Positions 1 through 7,500 of a DNA stretch of 10,096 nucleotides are shown here, piece by piece. The stretch lies in the NCBI GenBank assembly GCA_051382335.1, contig JBBCAX010000238.1, forward strand, positions 1-10,096. The letters run 5' to 3'. The first letter of the stretch is position 1; each line of letters opens with the position of its first letter. The stretch is from Deltaproteobacteria bacterium TL4 (GTDB lineage: Bacteria > SAR324 > NAC60-12). The notes below the pieces were generated by a model. The model was not told the origin of the DNA. It made no database searches and saw only the letters and a program-made list of their open reading frames with translations. A program made the translations under genes and the position numbers.

Positions 1-181
1 GATTGCATTCTACAATTTTATTCCCACAGGAGTTCAAAAACAACCAGAAAAATATTTTTTACCTATTTTTCTAACTCATTAAAATCATAAACTTTTTAAA
101 AATTTAAATTTAGACTCTGAATCGCTGCTACTGGCTTCTGTCAAAAGTTTTCTCTGTGAGGAGTTAAAGGTCGATGCGGAA

Positions 182-1915
182 GTGATGCTCAAAGGTGGAG
201 AATCGCATGAGAACCTGAGCCCGGAAGAAAGTGAATTCCTGAGAGAAGCCTCAACCCTGACAGAGTATCAGATTGATCGGGAGGAAGCCTTTCTCATCAA
301 CAACCCTCCCGTCGTGGTCCTGTTCAGACATCCTCCGCATGAGTTGGATATGGATCGAATTTATATCGTATTGTCCGCCACAGCCTCCCGGGTCGGTCAT
401 GTGATTGAACTCGAAAATAGACAAATCATGAGCGAAATTCTGGATGAAGCCATCTTTATGGTGAATTATACGGGAAAAATAGAACCGGGCTTTACCGATA
501 TTTGCCTGAAAATGTTCAAAATCCAGGACAAGGACGAGTTTCTGGAAACCCAGCCCGGCGAATTATTTTATGGAACCACGAAAGAGGCGGAATCTTTTCA
601 GGAATGGATTGAGTTGTGTTTTAACGGGCTGTTGGAGTTTGACGATGTTCGCAACTTACAACCGACCACGCTAACAACAGCGGATGGCCGCTTGCTGGAA
701 CTGGCGATCTTTCCGATCTATGACCAGGAGACTCAGGAAAAACCTCAATTGCATTATATTTTATTTCAACTCAAGGATATCACCTTAATCCAAAAACAGG
801 AAAAGAATCTGGAGCACTTTGAAGAAAGCAACCTCTCCGTGATTCGTGTCATTCAGCATCAAGCAGCCTTCAACAGCTACCTGCAATTGATCCAGGATCA
901 TTTTGCCCATTATGAGGCGACGGCGTCGCTGCAAAGGGTCGATCTGATTCGGGCGCTGCATACAGCCAAAGGGACGTCCGGAGTGTTTAAGTTTAAAACC
1001 ATTCAGCAAAAATGTCATGACGCAGAGACCTTTCTGAAAGAAGGGCGGGAACTCTCCCCAGGGAGTGACGTCGCCCTGTTGATCCTTTCCATTTCTGAGT
1101 TTCTCAAGACCTTTCTTGAGGAAAATAAAGAAGTATTGAAAGTGGTGATGGAAAAGAAAAACGTGTTTACCGTAGATCGAAACTGGTATCAACACATCAG
1201 AACACAATTCAGTCAACGGGACGCGCTCAACTGTGATGAAAGCCGGTTTTTATTGGAGCAGATGACTTACGTTCCTCTCACTCACCTGTTTACACATTTC
1301 AACATGATGCTGGAAGACTTGGCGATTAGCCGGGGTAAAATGTTGCAACCTTTGGTGATTCAGGATGATGAAGGAATTTTTGTGCCAGAAGGCGTGTTGA
1401 ATCCTCTGATTAATTCCATCAGCCACATCTTGCGGAACGCGGTAGATCACGGAATAGAAGAGCCGGACATCCGGTGGGCAGAACAAAAAGAACCTGAAGG
1501 CAGAATCCAAATCACCTTTCACAGTGAATCCGGCCACCTGAGCATCAGCATTGTCGATGATGGAAAAGGGATCAATTTGAAGAAACTGCCCTCACAGGCG
1601 GTTGCCAAAGGGTTCATCACCCCGGAACAGGCGGAAGGCTTAACCGAGGAGCAAACCAAACAACTGATTTTTCTGGAGGGGTTTTCTACCAAAGAGACCG
1701 CGGATATGGTGAGCGGCAGAGGCGTTGGCATGAAAGATGTGTTGAAATCCTGCCAGCTCCTGGGAGGACAGTTGGATTTTGAAACAGTGCTGGGAAAAGG
1801 CACAACTTGGGAAATTAAAATTCCGCTCACTTCCATTTATGGAAAAATGGCGGAATTTGGCAATTTTTCACTGAATTCGCCCAAGTCGTCTCTCCAGGAG
1901 GCTGTCCGGGAATAG
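182..1915 (+). CDS. CheA-like histidine kinase: PAS-like domain + Hpt + CheA-type HATPase, no C-terminal CheW domain
   Basis: PAS-like start (ILDEAIFMVNYTGKI) and end (ILFQLKDIT); Hpt motif LIRALHTAKG (His260, nt 959-961); CheA-type N box HILRNAVDHGIE, G1 DDGKG, F box IFLEGFST, G2 SGRGVGM. The protein ends about 30 aa after WEIKIP, leaving no room for P5. Start uncertain (GTG 182, ATG 185; frame open back to 83). Confidence 0.85.
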   Translation: MMLKGGESHENLSPEESEFLREASTLTEYQIDREEAFLINNPPVVVLFRHPPHELDMDRIYIVLSATASRVGHVIELENRQIMSEILDEAIFMVNYTGKIEPGFTDICLKMFKIQDKDEFLETQPGELFYGTTKEAESFQEWIELCFNGLLEFDDVRNLQPTTLTTADGRLLELAIFPIYDQETQEKPQLHYILFQLKDITLIQKQEKNLEHFEESNLSVIRVIQHQAAFNSYLQLIQDHFAHYEATASLQRVDLIRALHTAKGTSGVFKFKTIQQKCHDAETFLKEGRELSPGSDVALLILSISEFLKTFLEENKEVLKVVMEKKNVFTVDRNWYQHIRTQFSQRDALNCDESRFLLEQMTYVPLTHLFTHFNMMLEDLAISRGKMLQPLVIQDDEGIFVPEGVLNPLINSISHILRNAVDHGIEEPDIRWAEQKEPEGRIQITFHSESGHLSISIVDDGKGINLKKLPSQAVAKGFITPEQAEGLTEEQTKQLIFLEGFSTKETADMVSGRGVGMKDVLKSCQLLGGQLDFETVLGKGTTWEIKIPLTSIYGKMAEFGNFSLNSPKSSLQEAVRE

Positions 1916-2036
1916 AAGTTGAACATAAGTAGGGTGTGCTTTAGCGAAGCGAGCGCACCAAAACAAGGGGACAGCAAGCTTTTTGGTGCGCTCGCTTCGC
2001 TAAAGCACACCCTACAGCCCATTCTCGGACAGCCTC
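1898..2036. mobile_element. Putative non-autonomous MITE-like element (139 bp) with 16-bp terminal inverted repeats and a possible 4-bp target duplication
   Basis: GAGGCTGTCCGGGAAT (1898-1913) matches the reverse complement of ATTCTCGGACAGCCTC (2021-2036) at 15/16; flanked by CCAG (1894-1897) and CTAG (2037-2040). Confidence 0.55.
1929..2015. repeat. REP doublet (REPIN-like): perfect 35-bp inverted repeat around a 17-nt spacer, GTAG family
   Basis: GTAGGGTGTGCTTTAGCGAAGCGAGCGCACCAAAA (1929-1963) is the exact reverse complement of 1981-2015. Each arm starts with GTAG followed by its own imperfect palindrome GGTGTGCT...AGCGCACC. Confidence 0.85.
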
Positions 2037-2116
2037 CTAGTAAAGGAGTCTGAATCTACGTTAACTTCTAACCCGAAACACAAAAGGGGGGAATCCCCAA
2101 GAGACAGAGGAAACAA

Positions 2117-4018
2117 ATGAGTTCAAGTAACAACCAGCGGTCCCATATCCTGGTGGTGGACGATAACATGGACATCCGGGAGTTGCTCCTGCTCGCGCTT
2201 CAAAAGGGGAACTATGTGTTAGATTCCGCGGTGGATGGGGTAGAAGCCCTGGAAAAGTATGCCACTCAACGTTGTGATTTGATGATTGTGGATTTGATGA
2301 TGCCCCGTATGGGTGGAAAAACCCTGATCCAGGAACTTCGAAAAAAAGATCAGGATCTGGCCATCATTGTCATCACAGGACACGGAGATCTTTCAGCCGC
2401 CTATGCCCTGCTCAAAGAATGTAACATTTCCGACTTCATCAAAAAACCCCTCGACCTGGCGCACCACTTACATTTTTCCGTTAATAATGCGTTAGAGAAA
2501 AGAAGAATTGCCTTACAGCTTAAAGAAGCTTACAACCATTTGGAGCAGAAAGTAAAGGAACGCACACGTGAATTGCAAAGCATGAAGGAACGGGCTGAGC
2601 GGGAAAGTCAGGCAAAAACCTATTTCCTGGCGAATATGAGTCACGAAATTCGTACTCCCTTAAACGCGATTGTTGGGTTTTGCCAACTCATTCAAAAGCA
2701 CGACCAACAATACGAAATCCCCAAAACGTTGCAGGAATATCTGAGTCATATCCAAACCGCGAGCAAAAACCTGGCGGAATTGTTGAATAACATTTTGGAT
2801 TTATCCCGCTTGGAAACCGGGAAATCGCCAGTTCACGAAGAAGTTCTGAATTTCAAGTTACTTTTTCAGGGAATTTTCCACTTGAAAAAAGCCCAGGCCT
2901 TGCTGAAGAACCTCGTCTATGCTTACGATTATGACAGTTCTTTACCGGAATCCATCATCAGTGACCGGACCAAGTTAAATCAGATTCTGACCAACCTCGT
3001 GGACAATGCGGTGAAATATACAGAACCTGGAAACAAAGTGGACTTGCTCGCGATGAAGGGGGAAGGCCACAAATTGATCATCAAGGTGACCGACACCGGC
3101 ATAGGAATTCCAAAAGGAAAACTTGCTGTCATCTTTGAAAACTTTGAACAAGCGGATAATGCCACTCAACAGATTGGTGGCAGTGGACTGGGACTGGCCA
3201 TCACCAAAAAACTGGTAGACCTTTTAGAAGGAACCCTTACCGTTGAAAGTGAAGCAGGGAAAGGCACCACCTTTACGTGTATGATCCCTTATAAAGAGGT
3301 ATCTTCCGAAGAAAACAAGGAAATGGGTCCACAAGAGTGGGTAATGGTACAATTTTTGAGGGACAATGTGGTATTAATGGCCGAAGACAATGCCATGAAT
3401 CAAGTTTACGCAAAAGCTCTTTTTGAACAACTGAACCTTGACTTACATATGGCGCGGAATGGGTTGGTGGCCCTTGAAATGTTACAGACCTTGAAACCTG
3501 AGCTGATCTTTATGGATATGCAAATGCCTGTCATGGATGGACTCACCGCGATCACGGAAATCAGGAAAAATCCGACCTTCAAGGAAACGCCCATTGTGGT
3601 GGTAACCGCTAACACCTTTGTGGATACTCAGGCAAAATTGGAGGAATACGGAATTACGGAATGTTTGTACAAACCGATTGATGTCAAAAAAATGCTTCCG
3701 ATTTTAGCCAAATACCTCCGCACCAAGGAAGATTCAAAGACCAGATCAAACTCCCAGGCAAAGGAAAACCGATCCAAAATGCCAGATCTTGTCAGGGCTC
3801 AGTTGGAAGAAGAATACGCGCTCCTGCAAATGATTCCGCCATTTGCCGCAAGTAAAATGGAAATTCAACTTCAAAGAATGCTGAACCTCTGCTCCAACTA
3901 TGAGACCCCCCATTGGGACCTTCTCAAAAGAGTGGAAACTTCGGTATTTTCAGGCGCATCCAAAGACATCTCCGCCCAAGTAGAAGAAGGCTTGTTGCTT
4001 TTTCAGAAAGCGGAATAA
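2117..4018 (+). CDS. Cytoplasmic hybrid histidine kinase/response regulator: REC - coiled coil - HisKA - HATPase_c - REC - helical tail
   Basis: REC1 ILVVDD, LMIVD59LMMP, IKKP; H box FLANMSH176EIRTPLN; N box QILTNLVDNAVKY; G1 DTGIG; F box IFENFEQ; G2 GSGLGLAI; REC2 LMAEDN, IFMD467MQMP, LYKP. SD-like AGAGG at 2106-2110. No transmembrane segment visible. Confidence 0.95.
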   Translation: MSSSNNQRSHILVVDDNMDIRELLLLALQKGNYVLDSAVDGVEALEKYATQRCDLMIVDLMMPRMGGKTLIQELRKKDQDLAIIVITGHGDLSAAYALLKECNISDFIKKPLDLAHHLHFSVNNALEKRRIALQLKEAYNHLEQKVKERTRELQSMKERAERESQAKTYFLANMSHEIRTPLNAIVGFCQLIQKHDQQYEIPKTLQEYLSHIQTASKNLAELLNNILDLSRLETGKSPVHEEVLNFKLLFQGIFHLKKAQALLKNLVYAYDYDSSLPESIISDRTKLNQILTNLVDNAVKYTEPGNKVDLLAMKGEGHKLIIKVTDTGIGIPKGKLAVIFENFEQADNATQQIGGSGLGLAITKKLVDLLEGTLTVESEAGKGTTFTCMIPYKEVSSEENKEMGPQEWVMVQFLRDNVVLMAEDNAMNQVYAKALFEQLNLDLHMARNGLVALEMLQTLKPELIFMDMQMPVMDGLTAITEIRKNPTFKETPIVVVTANTFVDTQAKLEEYGITECLYKPIDVKKMLPILAKYLRTKEDSKTRSNSQAKENRSKMPDLVRAQLEEEYALLQMIPPFAASKMEIQLQRMLNLCSNYETPHWDLLKRVETSVFSGASKDISAQVEEGLLLFQKAE

Positions 4019-4058
4019 ATTCGGCGTGATTTAATAACTCGTATCTAAGGGGTTCTCG

Positions 4059-4067
4059 TGTTATACT
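4059..4067 (+). promoter_or_regulatory. Candidate extended -10 promoter (TGnTATACT) for hicBA
   Basis: TGTTATACT lies 36 nt upstream of the hicB ATG; SD-like AGAGGA at 4094-4099; no clear -35 box. Confidence 0.4.
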
Positions 4068-4103
4068 TAAGGTGATTGTACTAATTTTATTACAGAGGAA
4101 AAT

Positions 4104-4313
4104 ATGAATAACTTTACAGCAGTTATTAAAGAAGTCGACAGTTGGTGGGTTGGGTGGATTGAAGAAGTTCCAGGGGTAAATTGCCAAGAAAGATCCCATA
4201 GAGAATTAATGGAAAGTCTGAAAATCACCTTACAGGAAGCTTTGGAATTCAATAAGCAGGATGCACTAAGCGAAGCTGGCATGAATTATTTTGAGGAAAA
4301 GATTGCAATATGA
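4104..4313 (+). CDS. hicB: Type II TA antitoxin, short HicB family (no C-terminal DNA-binding domain)
   Basis: 69 aa, acidic; FTAVIKE..WWVGWIEEVPGVNCQ..S..EL.E.LK fits the HicB N-terminal pattern; overlaps the downstream hicA start via ATGA. Confidence 0.88.
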   Translation: MNNFTAVIKEVDSWWVGWIEEVPGVNCQERSHRELMESLKITLQEALEFNKQDALSEAGMNYFEEKIAI

Positions 4314-4498
4314 AAAGAAACGTTCTTCTTCGTCATCTTCGCTCACATGGATGTGAACTGCTCAGAGAAGGGGGAAATCATTCTTGGTGGTATAATCAGA
4401 CTCAAAATAAACGATCAGCCATTCCCCGGCATAATGAAATCAAGGATATACTTGCTAATAAAATCTGTAAAGATTTAGGAGTTTCGCCTGCAAAGTGA
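4310..4498 (+). CDS. hicA: Type II TA toxin, HicA family mRNA interferase
   Basis: 62 aa, basic; LR.HGC.LLREGGNHSWW...SAIPRH.EI...LA..ICKDLG fits the HicA dsRBD-fold signature including the conserved G-x-H His; 4-nt overlap with hicB. Confidence 0.92.
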   Translation: MKRNVLLRHLRSHGCELLREGGNHSWWYNQTQNKRSAIPRHNEIKDILANKICKDLGVSPAK

Positions 4499-4546
4499 GG
4501 CGGCTAACTACTTAAAGCATGACAACAACTATGTTACAAACAACCT

Positions 4547-7500
4547 ATGAAACGCACCGTCATTAAGCTGGATTATTACAGGGAACAATCATCAACCATC
4601 GACGTGGTTATTGAACTGCTGTCGAAGTGGGATGCGCAAAAACCTCCAGAGCAACTGAATCGGGATCTCAACAGGATCAAGGGACTCCTCCCCTCACTTT
4701 TTCAGGAGTTGTCCGGCAAAGATATGGAACTCAAAGTCAAGGTGTTCAACCTGTTAGGTCGTGCGCAAATCCCCAACGCGGCCTCCTTTTTACTGGCGTA
4801 CCTGAGTGACGCGGATGTTGAAATTCGGGAAAGTGTCATCCGGGCCTTAGGGTTTTTGAAAGATCCCATTGCGATTCTCCCTCTTAAAAATGCTTATGAT
4901 AATGAATCTGAAGAGTTGCAAAAGCTGATTATCGAAGCCTTGAATCAGTTGGTTGATGATCTGTTCTTTTTTAAATTGCTCGGCAATGACCCCAACCTCA
5001 ATAAAATCACCATTGCCCTGGAACTGCTGGATCTGTTGGTTTCCGAAAGAGAGCATCTGCTTTCTCCCAGTGGTTTTAGACGGTTCCTGGACCAGTTGTT
5101 TCCTTATTTTCAGCAACTCAAACGCTCTGCCTTTGACGCAAGAACCTTGAAACAGAGCATCGAAACCCTGCATGATGAACTGCACCGCAGTTTGGAAAAA
5201 AGCGAATGTTCGATTGAAACCATGAAGTTTCAATTGAAAATCCAACACACTCAACTGCAAAGCTTTTTAGAACGGAGTGATAAGAAGCAAATTAACGCGG
5301 ACGATTCAGAACCCCCGTCTCCCCGTGAGGTGACCCAGGATCTGCAGGAGGTCGAAAGTGAAATCGAAAAACAGTCAGCGCAGTTATCCACGATTTCCAA
5401 GGCCTTGCCTGAGGTTCATCCCTTGATGAACGCCTTGACCCAGTCTGTGGAGAGGATCTCGGCCCGCCTGGAAGAGGTGACGCAAAAACTGGAACGCCTG
5501 CCTTCCTTTGCCGAAGCGCCAACGACCACTACGGCAGAGGAAGCCTTTGAACCGGCAACCGCGGCCCCCCTTGAATGGGACGAGGAACCTGATCCTGAAG
5601 TCACTGAAGCGCTGGAGGAAGAACCGCAATTCGATCCGGAGTCACTCAGCCTGGCCTTGACAGAAACTGAGGAAGAGTTAATCCATGAGCTGTTTCAGAA
5701 TAGTAAAAAACGCAAAGACCCCTCGGAGACCCCACAGTTCAAAGGAAGTGTTTTTGTCTTGGATGACAGTCCGTTGATGCTGAAAACCATTCAAAGTCTG
5801 ATGCAATATGCCGGTTTTTCAGAGGTGATCCCCTTTGCCCATCCGATTTTGGCGGTGGACGCCTACAAGAAGGACTATCAGAAGTTGGTGTTGATCAGTA
5901 CCGATTGGAATATGCCGGAGATGGATGGCAGAGCCTTCATGATCGCAATCAGGGCCTTTGAAAAACAGGAAAATCTGCCCCCCTGCCCCATTATTTTTAT
6001 TACCGATGAAACCAATATTTACAAAGTCCGCCTGCTTCTGGCCGAAGGCGCCGCCAAGGTGATTTCCAAACCTTTTATTCCTGATGACCTCATCAAGGTG
6101 GTCAAAGAGGTCACAGGTGTTGAAACAAAGGAACACCGAGCCGAAACCGGGGAATTTCTGAACTTGCAACAGTTGATTGTTGAAGCTAACCGCAGCGCGG
6201 CAGACGAAAACGCCTCCAAAAAAATCAAGAAAAAACTCTTCTATCATAAAAGCTTAAAGGTCCATGCCAGCATCAAGGAGGATTTAACCCAATGCCTCAG
6301 GTATTTGATCGCGATGGCGGATTTCCTGTCTTTACCAGGACAGACGGTGACCATTGAGTTTAAAAAACATAGCGAGGATGAAACCTCCGCAACCGTCAGT
6401 TTAAACGGGAAAACCGCTCAGCGTTCCGAAACGGAAATCCATCAAAGTGCTGAGAAACCCAAAGCGGAAAGTCAAAACCTGGGTGGCTTTCTTTCAGAAC
6501 TGAAAAATTTAATAGGCTCGGACTCCGCTGAGAAATTCACGCTCAACCATTTGATGCGCAAGAACCTGGATGCCCCTTCAGAAAAAAAAGCTCGGGAGGA
6601 GTCCCTTAAAGGTTGGAGTCTCGACAGTTTTATGGAAACGCATCCTCACTATCAAAAACTGCATCAATCGGTTGCTAAAGTTTACGGCTCGCTGGATTGG
6701 GTTGTGGATGAGGGGATGTTTTCCTTGAAATTAACATTTTCCTGGCCTCTGGAGGAAGACCAATCGCTTGCCGCGCCAGAGCCGATTCCATGGGCTGAGG
6801 CGGACAATGAACACAAGGACGAAGTCGAAGCTTTTCAGTATTTGATGGATCTGGAAGAAGACGGTGATGTCAAAACAACCATTGCCGCTTTGGAGAAACT
6901 TTGTATCCGCGAACCTGTCCAGATTTTTCATGTGGTGGACTACCTCCACGATGGGCACTTTGAAAGAGCCGAACAGGAAATTCTGGAAATGTTTCACAAA
7001 CTCAATCGCATTGATGTGATCCCGTATCTCATCCGACGCTTTGCGCATTTACATAAGGAATTCAAACTCTGGACTTTGTCTTTTATCGCAGAACATGACA
7101 TCAAATACGGTTTCTTTTTTATCATCAGTGTGCTCCGGGATCAGGACAAAGATGTCAGACACAGAGCGATGGCCGTTTTGGTGGAACATTTTGATATGCG
7201 CTTTCTGCCCTTGATGGAGCATTCCTTAAAACACACTTTCAACATGCCCAAAGCCATGGAAGGACGTGAGCTTTTGGGACGCTTGCCCGCAAGGGAACGC
7301 TCCGCGGTTTTGTCCATTCTGTTGTTGAGTAACGATTTTGAAAAATCGCTGCCCTTGCTGCTCGGCTACCTCAATGACGCGGACCGCTATGAGCAGGAGC
7401 AGATTTACAAGGCACTGGGACATCAGACAGCTCTCAAGTACTTGAAGGCGGGACAGGTTGAATCGTTGATTGCGCACTTTGAAAAAAATGAAGTTCTGGA

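Noticed and set aside
1929..2015. CRISPR array or intrinsic terminator reading of the 35-bp repeat
   Set aside because: The two copies are inverted, not direct; there are no spacer series or cas genes, and no U-tract follows the stem.
1837..2022. 61-aa minus-strand ORF
   Set aside because: It runs through the palindromic element and the end of the kinase gene; better explained by the repeat.
4519..4566. Thr-rich 15-codon ORF (MTTTMLQTTYETHRH) overlapping the 4547 start, resembling a leader peptide
   Set aside because: No SD, no attenuator hairpins and no amino-acid biosynthesis gene downstream. It arises from an imperfect ACAAC(A)ACTATG-like duplication at 4522-4549.
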